DNA from: Vitrella brassicaformis CCMP3155
Lineage: Eukaryota > Protista > Chromerida
Length of the DNA: 64,000 nt
Assembly: GCA_001179505.1 (NCBI GenBank)
Contig: CDMY01000295.1
Span: 466,506 to 530,505 of the forward strand
Direction: 5' to 3'
The notes under the pieces were generated by a model. That model was not told the origin of the DNA. It made no database searches and worked only from the letters and a program-made list of their open reading frames with translations. The position numbers were made by a program, and so were the translations under genes. Of this stretch, positions 1-12,605 are shown piece by piece; position 1 is the stretch's first letter, and every line of letters starts with the position of its first letter.

Positions 1-147
1 TGGACGTGTACATCTGTCTGTGCTCTGTATTGATGTATGTGCCTGTGCGTCAGTCGGAAGTCGCAAGAAAAGCAAGAGGATGAAATGTAGGCAACGTATA
101 TATTAAGAAAGCAGTCAACCGACCATTCATGTCTCCTGCTTGAGTAG

Positions 148-488
148 GTCCTCAGTACTGCGACCGCGTTCTTGTGTGGCCTGGGAGCGTCTGTCGTGCC
201 GGCTTGTACAGGTAATCACGGCTACAAACTGCTGAATAGATAGGATGATGTATATCAATCCTTGCTGTGAGCTGTATCTACAGCTCAGTACCCCACATCA
301 CGGCTTCTGACCACACCCCCGTCTACGCCATCTTGCAGCTGGAGATCCCACAACGCGATAAGATACGGTCGAGGAGAATTGAGCGCCTAATGAAAAACCT
401 CACAAACAGACTCAAATCAGTCAGACTCGACAGACTCAAATCAGCCATCTCTTCTGTGAAACCAAACAGCGACTCATCTCGGCCCTGA
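148..488 (+). CDS. Inositol polyphosphate 5-phosphatase family protein, last exons (5' part lies upstream or unresolved)
   Basis: Exons 148-211 and 284-488 joined across a GT-AG intron give PQYCDRVLVW...YSSVPHITASDHTPVYA. This matches the 5-phosphatase motifs P(S/A)W(C/T)DR(I/V)L and SDHxPV. Confidence 0.75.
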
Positions 489-1065
489 CTCAGAGACGCG
501 ACAGTGAAGAGGAATGAGTGGATGGATTGCATGAAGATATGGATGGATGCTGTTATTGTAGCCACGTCCGCAGGCGGCTCGAATGCGTGAGTGAATGGAG
601 TCAATGTGATGGAGGGTGGCTCTGGTGAGTCATTCACGGCGAGAAACCCCGCAAAGAACAAGTAGAAGATAAACCAACCATGTGTGCTGTGAGCCATGTG
701 CACTGCAGAGACACAAGTCAGCATATATGTCTTTCCGATGATCGGCCTTCGACGCATCAGTGCCGTGCATCAGCAGCGGCCAGCCGTCGATGAACGAACG
801 CACTCACACAGCCGGGCAGCACGGAAGACAGGCAGAACACACACATAAGATGGGATGACCACTGCGAAAAAAACAAACAAAACCTCACCGTCTCGGTGAT
901 CAAATCTCAGCTCTACCACCCGACCCACGACAAACCACCCACGAGCGACGACCGAACGACAAACGGACACATACAGCCTCACCGCCCGCCCACTCGCCAG
1001 CACTAAAAAAGCCATGAATGCACGCGATGGCCACGCACACTTATCTCGCTCATCCTGGCTGTTAG

Positions 1066-2112
1066 TCATGTCTGTTTCTTCTTTTCCCTCAGCTTGGCCC
1101 CATCGGCCTCGAGCACTGTCTTGACATAGTACGCGACCACCCACAGCTCGCACAGGAGGGCCATGGCCCTCCCGGCCGCCAACACGGCCCCGACGGCCGG
1201 GTGCGCCAGCCATCTGGCCAAAGGAAGGGTCAGCAGCAGCGGCCGGGCAATGTCGGTCTGCAGGTACGCCCACAGGGGCAAAAACATGAGGCCGCTGATG
1301 ACCAGGGTGCCGGGGAGGGTGCGGAAGTTGTTGGAGAGGATCTTGCGGACGATCCAGGGGGCGGCTGCGAAGCAGGCCTCCTTCCAGTTGCCACTTGCCC
1401 TCTCGGTGTTGGTGAAGGCGAAGACGAGCCACTCGACGCACGCGATAAGCGGGGCCACCGACGGAGCCACGCGCGACCACAGCAGCTGCCGGCTGATGTT
1501 GTCGATCACCACATCGATGATCGCACCGAACTCGCTCGACTGGTCAAACAGCCGGGCCGTCAAACCTGAATCGATGCAACACACACACACACACACACAC
1601 ACACACGAACAACGAAAAGACGATACTCATCTGTGTCTGCCCGTTCGTCTGGCTGCATCCGCCGAGCCATAAAGGAAGTCAGTCAGACAAATCCCTCCCT
1701 TACCATCGAAGAAGTCCAGTGTGAACCCCAGGGCATAGAGCAGCGAGAAGGCCAGCGGCCTCTGGTACATGAACCCAAACATGGCCCCCAGCAGCACCAG
1801 CCGCACATAGCCAATCAGATTCGGCACATAGAACAGTGGTGCCATCATCAGCCGCCTCTTCTCGCGTATCGCCTCCTTCGCCCGGCCCACGGTGATGGCC
1901 GCGCGCGACTGAACCTGCCCGTCTTCTGCAATCGGCTGGCCGGGGAGCTCAGTGATTGGCGCTGTGACAATGCTCGAGTGGCTGCTGAGTGATGAGGAGA
2001 GAGGTGCCTTTCTGCCGAAGAGGGAAGGCATCTTGACGGCTGCTGAAGCTGTGACGAATAAAGGTCGCACCACCGCTGCACACGCCGGTAAGGATGAAGC
2101 CTCGGCCTGCAT
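1066..2112 (-). CDS. CDP-alcohol phosphatidyltransferase, phosphatidylinositol-synthase-like (2 exons)
   Basis: Exons 2112-1704 and 1565-1066. VPNLIGYVR is followed by DG|LTARLFDQSSEFGAIIDVVID, an exact DGxxARx8GxxxDxxxD motif. The start codon is uncertain. Confidence 0.85.
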
Positions 2113-2313
2113 CAGGTAGGTTGTTACTATACTACTACTCAAGCGGTCAGGATGTTTATGTTGTCACATCTGTCGCCGTGTTTGCTCATCTGCTTCCGTT
2201 CAAAAACACCTCCATTCTCCGCCAGGTTTCCGTTTCACGGCGATAGTTTCACGGTAGCTCGCAAAAGGAGGAAGGGAAAGGGGAAGGAATGGGATTTGCC
2301 ACGTAGTTGAGAA

Positions 2314-4656
2314 ATGGCAACAGGTCGGCGCTCCTCATTTGGCTCCAACCACGTGGGAGAAGACGACGAGCTGAATTGGGCGGAGGCTCAGGGTCGCCGG
2401 GCGACAGACGAAGGCGCACCTGTTCCAGCAACAGGACTACATGCACTTGGCGGGAGGCAAGAGACCGACGAGCGACCTCACCGCTCTGACGTGCCACTAC
2501 ACTCGCCTGGCCCTCCCGGCCTACATGTGTCGCCCGAGATGATGAGTATCGCCCAGGAGGCATTCCTTCTGGCGACAATCAGGCAACGTCAACATCATCC
2601 TACCAGTGGGGATGGGCCCCTGTCCTTCAAGTGAGCAGAAAGACGTGTAGGTCAGTCAGTCAGTCCTGTGTGTGTGTGGATGATGGATGCATTGCATTCT
2701 TCCATCTCCTTCTTGTATGTATCTTGTCCCCCCTTGTGTTGCGTGTGCAGGGACATCCGTTTGACCACGTCGTCCGTCGTGCATGGCCTCCCTCTAGCGG
2801 AGCGGCTGCTGCACGACAACTTTCCTGCGGAGGCATTCGCCCCCTTCCATCCGCCACGGGGGGGCACCAAGCGCCGCGTGGATGGCACGAAGGCCGGTGC
2901 TGGGTGCGCGAAGGAGAGGTCCGTCGCGGCGTCCTCTAGTAGTGCAGCAGCAGCTGCTGCTGCTGCTGCTGGTAGTGGCGATGGTGTGGTGGCGGAGAGC
3001 GCCGCTGGAAGTGTTGTCAAGACAGGGGAGGGGGCAACGGGCAAGGGGAAGGGGAAGGATGGAGAAGAGGGAGGGCATCAGGTACGAAAGAGAGAAATCG
3101 CCCGCAGCTTATTGCGGGTGCCGCACAGCGCATGCGGACTGTGTCCATGTCTGGGTGTGGTGTGTCTGTCTGTGTGGTCGGTTCCCTCGTCAGGTGTGTC
3201 CGATATGCCAGGAGGAGTTGGTGTTGCTGCAGCAGCTGAGAAGAGTCGACGAATGTGGCCACTGTGTAAGTGAAGTGAAGTCACTCCTCCATCCCACATA
3301 CGCTCACAACACAGACATCTGTCTGTCTGTCTGCTGGTGACATTTTGTGTCAGTTCCACGCGTGGTGTCTAGACGAGTGGCTCGAGAAGAACTCCACCTG
3401 CCCCATGTGCAGGCTTAACCTGCACGACTCTGCCCGTCGTCTTCGTGCCATGCTGCCGCCCCCGGAGCCCTCATCTCCCGGTGGCGAGTCGGACGCCACT
3501 CTGCCCGACAGGGACCCCCCCTTCGGCTTCCGTCCTCTGCCGGGTTTCGGCATCCCGCACTCTCACCATCACAGCTTCGTCTTCATCGAGGCACCTCTTG
3601 TCCAGAGGCAAGTCCAGCCGGCCACGCAGCCGCCGTCAGGGCAGACACCACCCACCCCGCCCCCTCCCGCCCCTCTGCAAACTCGCCAGCACCAGCCTGA
3701 GCGGCCGACGGGGACGTTGGCAAGCTTGCGCTCGAGGGCGATGCGTGCCATTCGGTCGCTCGTGCCGTCTGCTGGTGGCCGTCGTGGTGGTGGTGGTGGT
3801 CGGAGAGAGGCGCAAGGGGAGAGGGACACGGAGAGGGAGAGCGGTGACTGGAGGAGGGTGGTGCGGCGCCGTGTCGATCAGGGCCAGCATGAGGAGGGAG
3901 GGGGGAGTGGGGTTGAGGGGGGCGGCCGTGTTGGCCGCGGCAGGTGGCTTGTGGTAGAACAGGCACCTGTTTCACATGTGCAAGAGAGGGTCAGTGAGGG
4001 ATGTGATGCACAGGGGCCGGGCCACCAGCACAGCACCAGCGAAAGAAGAATCAATCGGACGTGTGTCGCTTGTTTATTTCAGGAGCGTCCTGTCGTTTCT
4101 TCTGACGTCTTTCCCTCGGTGATTCCGCCAAGCCTGTACCCAGCGGGTGATGCTGGAGGTGGCAGTCGTGGCGATGCGGACGCGCCGGCCCACCCCATGA
4201 CCCCCCCGCCCGCCTACACTGCCGACGAGGCCGAGCCCCAAGACCCCTCGCATGACGAGCTCCTCCATCCACAGTGGCTGCAAGCACCCCATCCCCCGGC
4301 TGCCCCAGTCCTGGGCGCTCACCCACCACCACCAAGGGCAATGGCAGCCGCAGCTGCTGCAGCCGCCTCGTCCGGGCCTAGCTCGTCTCAGACAGGACAG
4401 GCGCTGGACATCTATTACGACACGCCGACGCCGCTGCAGCCACGCTATGCGGTGAGTGAGTCGTGTGAGTGGGGGAGGGGCAACACACACGCCACGCGGG
4501 TGGTCTGCGCAGTCACCGGCTCATCCATCGGTTAAACGGTCTGGGTGCTGTGTGCAGCACTCGATGCAGGCCATGCACGCCTCGATGGATGACATCCATA
4601 GCGGCGGGCCACACGACGATGACCACCAAGACGCAGGCGGCTGGACGGACACATAG
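2314..4656 (+). CDS. RING-H2 (C3H2C3) E3 ubiquitin ligase with low-complexity flanks
   Basis: Spliced CPICQEEL...CGHC|FHAWCLDEWLEKNSTCPMC at ~3194-3410. The 3' exons and end coordinate are tentative. Confidence 0.8.
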
Positions 4657-4922
4657 ATAGGGACTCACTCGTGGCATGGTCGATGCGATCGATGTGTAGC
4701 AGGCAGAGGTACCCGGGGGCCCACCCACCCATGGGCTTTTCTTTTCGCAATGTGTGGGTGTGCGTTAGTGGTGTGGTGTGGTGTGGGTGGGGGATGCCGT
4801 GTGTGAGCGCGTGAAAAGACGTGTCCTGTGTCTTGCAGCCCTCAGGGCAATCGCAAAGACCTTAATGGCTGGATGGATGGATTTGCACGTTGCAAATGGT
4901 TGAGGGGTCAAAACTCAGCGGT

Positions 4923-4953
<31 letters not shown>

Positions 4954-5632
4954 ACACGACCAACCAAATGGCCACACCACACACACTGCACGAAACCGCA
5001 GTCAAGACAGACAGACAAGCACAGCCTGCCTACGAAGGACGTACGGCACGGCACTGCACACAAAGGCAAGGCAATGCGTTTATTCACTTTTCCGTCCCCC
5101 CGCCCACACAGCTCACATAACACACACCACACACACACACACACACAGAATGAGCACAAAAGACATACACGACGACACTTTTTTTATCTACCGGCGGACC
5201 GTTTCCCTCTCTGCAGCCCAGCCCACGCACAATCAGTAGCTGCGTACAACGGACAGCATCAGGGCTCGCTCGCTGCCATGCCCTGGCTGGCCTGCCTGGT
5301 GGGGTGCGTCCAGCCCAGCCGAACAAAAAAAGCTGTAGGGGAATACTACCTACCTGTCAGGCTCTGTGACAGAGCTACACTGATGAAACACTTGTCTAGA
5401 AGGGCACCGACACACACGGACACTGAGACACGCAGCGACAGGTCGCCCGACAACCCGCTTGAAGGAAGGCACAAGTTTCCTCTTCTCACATCTCATCTCC
5501 CCCCCCACACATCACACACACATCTGCCCTGGTGCTCCCTCCTCTACCCTTGTTCGGCCACACAGTCAGTGACAGAAACCACATGTCGAATTGTACACCA
5601 GACCAGACAAGACCTGCTCAGCTCAGCTCAAC

Positions 5633-7923
5633 TCACCACCACTTGTGCCCTCTGTGCCTGCTGTGATGCCCGTGGTGGCCGTGGTGGCCGTGGTGGCCAT
5701 GGTGGCCATGGTGGTGCTTCGGCCACGGCCAGACTGGGTGGATTGGGCCCGGGGGAGGGCGAGGGGGAGGCGTCCATGTGAGCACCTTGAAGGCCGCGAG
5801 GGCGTCAACGAATCCGTGGCCTGTCCGGTAGTCGAAGCCGACCTGAAACCCGGGGAGAATGGGATCTGCACACAGCCAACAAATATAAGAGTCGATCCTA
5901 CACATCGTGTCAGTCACTGACGGACGCCACGCACCGTCCATCTTTTCTGCCTGGAGGGAAGCAGCAACGGACACACAGACCCAAGAGACACAGAGGGACC
6001 AGGTGTTTCTGTGCGTGTGTGGAGGTCTGTGTGGGGGTGGGGGTGAGCATACTGTGTATGTCAGGAGGCGCCTGAGGCCGTATGGCGACAAGAGCGGCTT
6101 GTTGTCCATGAGCAGCTTGTCGAGGATCAACGCTGCTAGCCCACACACGTGAGGCGCCGACGCACTTGTGCCGTAGAAATCTGAGAGAGAACAGTCGTGT
6201 GGTCGCCAGCCAGCATGGCATGCAACTCTGCCCTCTCTCTCTCTCTCTTTTTGTCATGTCAGGCAGGGGTCCACCTACTTGGATAGGTATCATTCTCGAC
6301 GTTGGCACGCTCAGACATAGACCCAAAGAACATCGTGTTGGCGCCATCTTTGCAAGGGGACACACACACGCACGAAGAGAGGGAGCCCAAGAGCCAATCA
6401 TTGTGTCAATCGCACGTGGTGTGTCGGTGAGTCACCTGGTCCTGTCACGTCGGGTTTGTAGAGGTCAAGGGGGTGGTCGAGTCGGGTGCCATTGTTGTCA
6501 AAGAGGATCAAACACCCCCCTGCGCCAGCACATACATACATACAGGCGTATGCATCAGTAGACCGATCTACTGCCCGATTGGATTGCCGCCCCCCCCCCC
6601 CCAACACACATGCACACACACAGAGCACGCCTGACCTCTGGATGAGTAGAGATTCACTTGTGTGTGGAGGGAGCAGACGGGAGCGACTCCACCCCAATTG
6701 TTGTTCGTTGTCCGCGAGGTTGCGTCACTGGCGCACAGGAAGTTACTCGCGTTGTAGTAGGCTGCCGCCCCGACTGACGTGGCGCCATGAGTGTTGGAAT
6801 GACTGACGACACACACAGATACACTTCTCTCCCTCTCTCTTTGGTTGTTTCTGCTTCTCTCTCTCTCTCTCTCTCTCCGCCTTGGTCTCCGTGTGTGTGT
6901 GTGTGTCATCGGCGTGTGTGCGTACCCCCAAGCAGTCGCTCCGAAGAAGTCCGGGTCTGTCGGGAGACGAAAGAAAGGCCGACAAGACAGAGAGACAGAC
7001 AGACAGACAGACAAGAGAGAGGGGGCGGGAGGGCGTGTTGCAAAGAGACCACCGAGACCATGCCAAGAGTACCCCTGTTGTGTTGATTACCTGGGTACGG
7101 CCGTCTGAACCATATCAACGAAATCCGGGTGGGATTGGTTATCGCCTCGTTGCTGCAGGCATTAGAGCAGAGAGGACGGACGCCAAAGAACGAACACACA
7201 AGAGTCAAACCCACCCACATGTTTGTCGGCATGCGAATCCGTCGCTCAGTCATTCCCTCACCCCTCCTCGTCCTTGATGATGGCTTTGCCGATGCGCAGA
7301 ATGAACTTCTCGCCATAGCCGGGAAGGTTCTGTCCCACAACGATACCATACCAACCCAATCAGCACATGGAGACGTAACGCTGACGCTTCCCAATCACTC
7401 ACTCACCTGGAAGCCGATAAATTCTGTGGGGTCGCCGGGTAGCTTGAGGCTCTCCTCCGCACCTCCAATGCCCTCGAAGCTGGCGGCAAAGGGCTCCCCG
7501 TCCCTGATGCCATTCATATGACAAGACCAGGCACACACCAGACAGGCAGACGATGGACGGATGGGCGGACGAGAGAGAAGGGGGCAGGCGGCTTACTTGG
7601 TGAAGATGAAAATGTCCAAGTCACACTGGCTCCCGAGGGGACCTGCACGCACCCGTGCCGTGCCGACAGTGAGGGCGACAGTGAGGGAGAGGGGCAAGGC
7701 ATTAAAAGCTCCCTGATGCTGCTGGTGCTGCTGCTGCTGCTGCTGCTGCCACAGGCAGGCATCTGACCGTGCACTGAGAAGTATGGCTCGTCCCAGTTGA
7801 GGACTCCAATCTGTGTAGCGTCCTCAGGCATGGTGAAATGGTAGTCGATGGAGCCCGTCTTGCTGCAAGCAAGACACACAGACAGACGAACACGCGGAGG
7901 GAGGTACCTCCCCGTGTGTGTGC

Positions 7924-7970
<47 letters not shown>

Positions 7971-9820
7971 GTCACCTGAACCAGTGCCACTCGTACTCGA
8001 TGGCAACCCCGAAGCCGAAATTGATAATGTCCCTGACGCCCGACGCATTGTAGTAGTCTTGAAGCGCTGAGTCGCCGTTGTTGCCAGCAGAGGAGAAGTA
8101 GTGCCTTCCCTTGGAGGTCACCTCGTCCACCGCCTGGGCTATGATCTGACGGGGAGAGTTGACACCGACACACCGACACACTTGCCATCGTCAGTCGCCT
8201 CTCCTCTGCTGAGCTGCGATCAGTGTCAGGGTTGGCGCCCTTACGCCATGAGCAAACATCGGCTCCGCAAAGTAGATGATGTCGTCGACGATCACCTCGC
8301 AGCCGAGCTCGGCCAGGTCCAAAATGCCTGGGACATACACACACACACACACACACAGGCGCATCTACATGGATGGATCGATGGATGGATGGACAGCTCG
8401 GCCTCTGCTACCGACCGTGGGCGAAACTAGCCTGCGAACGAGAGACAACAGAGTACGTGGTACGTCTCAGTGAATCAGTGTCAGCAGCATTACCATGCCA
8501 TTGAAGGCCGAATGAAAGGCGAATTTCTTTGCGCCAGGACACACATCATAACTGGGGTGTGACAGCAACACAGGCAGAGTGAGAGAGAGAGAGAGAGAGA
8601 GAGAAAGGGATGCCTCCACAAATGTCACGTGGCCGCTCGTTGTGTCGTTCCTCACGCACTCACGTCAGCTCCATCATGCCTCTTCCCTCGTCCGTGTAGC
8701 CGTCCTCCGGGCCCAATCCCTCGGACAGCACCTCCACATCCTGCGGCAGGTCCCCTTGTGCGTACAGAATCTTCGCCTTGTCCTGCCTGTCGAACGAGTC
8801 CGACATGAATCCGATGCCTGAAACACAACACACATACACACACACACACATAGGGAAGCCTGCAGCAGTGGCTTGGCCGTTCTGTGTCCATCTCAGGTCT
8901 TACACGAGAGCCTGGAGGCGTCGACCCCGTAGAGCTTCCGCACAGCGTCTGTGTTCATCGCGTGATCGCCTTGTGACCACACCTTGCCCGCCAGGGGACG
9001 CGCAATGGTGCTGTTCTGCTGACGCTGAGGCAGGTCGTCCGGCAGGTCGCCCGGCCGTGTGGGGATGACGCGCATTTGTGAGGCCCGGAGCACCCGAATC
9101 CCTTGTATCCTCGTGATGAAGGCGATCTTGTCGACTGGCAGCCTCGCAGACACGATTCGCTGAAAACGGCTGATGCCCGTGAGACCCAAAGAAGTGAGCT
9201 TCAAGATGAGGCCCTCGATGCCGCCCGGTTCCAGCTGCGACTCGTCGATGGCCATGTCCACAAGAATCCCCTCCGAGGACACCTGTGTGGCGGTGTCTTT
9301 GGCGAACTTCCGCAGCGTGGTCTCGTTGCGGAAGAGGCCCCGATAGGTCTGGAATGTCAAGCCGAGTGTCAGCCGCGTGTCGCTGTTGTCGGCGCTGAAC
9401 GGGTCGTCCCTCGCGAGTGCCGCCGACACGCCCTGCCGTCGGAGGTCGAACATCCGCTGCTCGACGTGGTGGAAGTGCAGCCGATAGAGCACTGTGTCGA
9501 GCTGAATGTTGGCGGGCTTGAAGAGCCGGCGAGCTGTGGCGGTGATGGACTTGACCAGCTGCGCGTACTTGACGTCCACAGCACCTGCAGGCAACACCCA
9601 CCACACGAGCAGCCAGAAAGCGCTACCAGTCTGCCTGTCTGCCCTCTTTCTCCTTACTCGGCTGATCCCGTTGTTCTTCGTCGTCCAGGTCAGTGTCGTT
9701 GCCTCCGCGGGTGTTGGGCTGCTCCACCCACAGCTCTGCCTGGGCGTCTTCAAGCTGCCCCTCACATTGCCAGATCAGAAGGGCGAAGGTGAGAAGCAGC
9801 GAAGCCGGCACGCCCCACAT
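5633..9820 (-). CDS. Secreted subtilase, bacterial S8/S53-like type, copy 1
   Basis: Signal peptide MWGVPASLLLTFALLIWQCEG. Motifs IGFMSDSF, DEGRGMMELTYD, EVIVDD, IAQAVD, YFSSAGNNG, KPDVTGP, FYGTSASAPHV and GFDYRTGHGFVDA occur over many exons. Confidence 0.85.
5672..5716. repeat. 9-bp tandem repeat (GTGGTGGCC/ATGGTGGCC, ~5 units) encoding the (GHH)n tail of subtilase copy 1
   Basis: Visible directly; the minus-strand translation is HHHGHHGHHGHHGHHGHHSRHRGHK. Confidence 0.9.
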
Positions 9821-10268
9821 CGTTCACTCAAGCTCTCACGCCCCCACCCAACGGCTAGAGTGCCAAGACGACGCGAAAGATTGACGTGCTTGGCCAGCAG
9901 CCTAAACACGCACGTGTCGTCATAATCATGTACTATTATTTTGACCAGCGTAAACTTTGATGACATGGCCCGATTCACAGACGGACGTGTCCATACGGTT
10001 CATCCATACGTATACACAGACATATAAAAGATCATCCCCTAAGTACCACCGACCCAGCCCTCCAGCCGATTCCAACCTTTGACCTACAATTCATACCAAC
10101 TCAACCTAGTTCCCCCCCTGCCACTGCCGCATTCGGCGCCAGCCGATAGGCAAAGGCACCTGTGTCACCTGCTGCAAGTGCCTACATACAAGCCAACGGG
10201 AGAGACAAACGTACAACGATCACCTGGGACCACCTGCCAGGCAGGCAGCCTTCCCATCCTCACGGACC

Positions 10269-11293
10269 TCACCTGACGTCATTCATCATTTGTTGCCTCA
10301 ACCCCTTCACGAGCCGAAAAAGAGGGAATAACGGCCACACGCCACACGATCGGCAAGGTCCAAAAAGCTGAACAGACCAGGACGCATAACATCGACAATG
10401 CGATATGCCCCGCCCGGGCAGGCGCTTGACCCTCTTTTCCTCCCCTCTCGTGTGGTCGCACTCCAGGAATGCTCCATCCTTGAAGCTGCTGATGGCCTTC
10501 TCCAGGTCGCCCACGGTGACGCCCTTGGCCGGGTCAGACGCAGGAACAGCACACACCTGACATTCACACACACACACACACACAATCGCCCCATCTCTGC
10601 GTTCACGGCCCCCCTTCCTCACCTGTCACCAAATTGGCCTTGTTGTCGAACTCCTCTGGTATGGCCGGCTTGAGGAGCTCATGGAAGTTTGCATTGAACT
10701 GCTGCATCCATGTCAGTGGCGACAGCCGATCGTAAGTGTAGCAGATGCAGTTGCGGCGCTTCATGATGATGAGAGTCGGGTAGGGATACAGCACGTGGCT
10801 CTTGTCGACATCCTCTCCCTCATCCTCACGGTAGCCCATCAGGTCACACAAGTCTATGTCCAGGCTCCGCGGCTCATTACTGCGGTTGGCGCGGCTGACC
10901 TCGGCCATCACCTCTTGCACCAGCTTGGAGTTCTCCTGGGCCGCACGGCACATCTGCACCACGACATACAGAGAGGGACACACAAGCTCATGAGCTTGGT
11001 GTACCTTGCGGTGCTTTGCCTACCTTCTTGTGCTCCTTCCAGTGAGCCCGCTGGCACTCAACCGAGCAGTAGCGAACCTGCAGGCGGAAAGAAAACCCAA
11101 TGTCCAGTTTCAGTGCGTGTTTGCCAATCACACATCACACGCATGACGGACGCAATCACATCTGGCTCACCTCGTGGCAGCCGCTGCAGATCTGCAGCGT
11201 CGTGACGTCATGAGCCTCCACACGCTTGCGGCATTTGGCGCACTTGCGGCCGATGTAGCAGTTCAGCATGCCCTCCATGCCCTGCCGGTCCAT
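10269..11293 (-). CDS. MYND zinc-finger protein
   Basis: Exons 11293-~11171, 11077-11024 and ~10953 onward give CAKC...CSGCHE|VRYCSVECQRAHWKEHKK|MC, a canonical MYND finger. The ORF track misses it. Confidence 0.8.
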
Positions 11294-11554
11294 GATGACG
11301 CGAGTGGCCCTTCTCTATTCTGTTCCTCAAGCTCGCGCACTCCGCGTCCCCGTTGTCCAGGGTCCCGTTTTCAATCCAGTTTGACGCATTGGGAGCTCAC
11401 CAAACAAACGTGCACAAATATGCAACGGTCACAGACAAATGTCATCGACACCGTCTGACTCTCCTAGGGTCTCCCTCCCAACCTCTCCTTCCCTGCCTTT
11501 CTGCCTGCCTGCATTCCTGCCTGCCTTCACTATGCCACGACACATGTGAATGCC

Positions 11555-12469
11555 TCAGCCGTCGTCGTCCGCCTGCTTCCCATCATTGGCTGCTCTCGGC
11601 GGCAGGTAGCTGGCGGACAGCGGCGGCTGCACGGGCGGCCGGAACTCATGAGCCTCATCCAGCGGATAGTTGCGGTCGGCGTCAAGGTCGCCAGTCAGGT
11701 CGCCACAGGACACAAACGGCACCACCGCCATGCCGCCCTTGGCGTCCACCTGCCGCATCAGCTCCTCAGCCCAGTCGTTGAATGATCCCCCGCCCCAGCC
11801 ACCACCAGAGCCTTCTGGCTGGCGGCCGATGAAGTCCCGGCAGACGACGAAGGCCTCGAAGCTGGAGTTGCGTGAGCTGGCGGGCTTGCAGCAGCTCACC
11901 TGCCGGAACAACACCTGCAGCTGCGCGTACAGCAACGGAGCGTTCTCGCCGCGAAAAACCTTGGCCACCATGGTGCCGCCCGGCCGCAGGAGGGCGGTGG
12001 TGATGCGGAGGGCCGACAGCAGAAGCTGCGACTGGATGTACTCGTCCAGGTCGTGCATGCCCGTCACGTCGGGCGCCCCGTCACACAGCACCATGTCGGC
12101 GAGATTGCCGTCGAAGTGGGAGAGGATGGCAGACGCCGTCGAGGGGCTCGTGATGTCACCCTGCAGCGTTACCACGCCATCTAATGGGGCCATCTCTTGC
12201 AGATCCACCGAGACAATAAGAGGCGGACCATGCTCGTCATCATCTCCCTTGGCTGCTGCATCAGAATGCCGCTTCACCAATCTGTCACGGCAGACCTGCG
12301 ACCAGCTGCCCGGCGCGGCGCAGAGGTCCACAACGCGGCGAGTGGCGGGCGTGAAGAGGTCGAAGTGGTCGTCGAGCTGCAGCAGCTTGTAGGCGCTCCG
12401 GGCTCGGTAGCCTTCCTCTTTGGCACGCCGATAGAAGATGTCACGTCGGTCCTTCGACAGCTTCCCCAT
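11555..12469 (-). CDS. TRM7: tRNA (cytidine32/guanosine34-2'-O)-methyltransferase, intronless
   Basis: MGKLSKDRRDIFYRRAKEEGYRARSAYKLLQLD, VVDLCAAPGSWSQV, CDGAPDVTGMHDLDEY and KPASSRNSSFEAFVVC match the FtsJ/TRM7/FTSJ1 family. Confidence 0.95.
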   Translation of the reverse strand: MGKLSKDRRDIFYRRAKEEGYRARSAYKLLQLDDHFDLFTPATRRVVDLCAAPGSWSQVCRDRLVKRHSDAAAKGDDDEHGPPLIVSVDLQEMAPLDGVVTLQGDITSPSTASAILSHFDGNLADMVLCDGAPDVTGMHDLDEYIQSQLLLSALRITTALLRPGGTMVAKVFRGENAPLLYAQLQVLFRQVSCCKPASSRNSSFEAFVVCRDFIGRQPEGSGGGWGGGSFNDWAEELMRQVDAKGGMAVVPFVSCGDLTGDLDADRNYPLDEAHEFRPPVQPPLSASYLPPRAANDGKQADDDG

Positions 12470-12605
12470 TATCGATGAAAGCTGTCAATGCTCACGCACG
12501 ACAGCAGCGCTAGGACGTCTTTCTGCTGAGGTTCGAACAGCGGGCGTCTTTCCGCTTAAGCTCGCAGATGAGTTGGATCGCTTCGATGTGAGCGACTTTG
12601 GCAGG

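Noticed and set aside
4828-5781. 317-aa plus-strand ORF and many similar ORFs rich in THTH, CVCV, RQTD or ERER
   Set aside because: These are translations of intronic or intergenic microsatellites and GC-rich antisense shadows, with no domain signal.
12438-12469. Apparent overlap of the TRM7 and sulfotransferase ORFs
   Set aside because: The ORF caller used a non-ATG start; the first plausible ATG is at 12606 or later.
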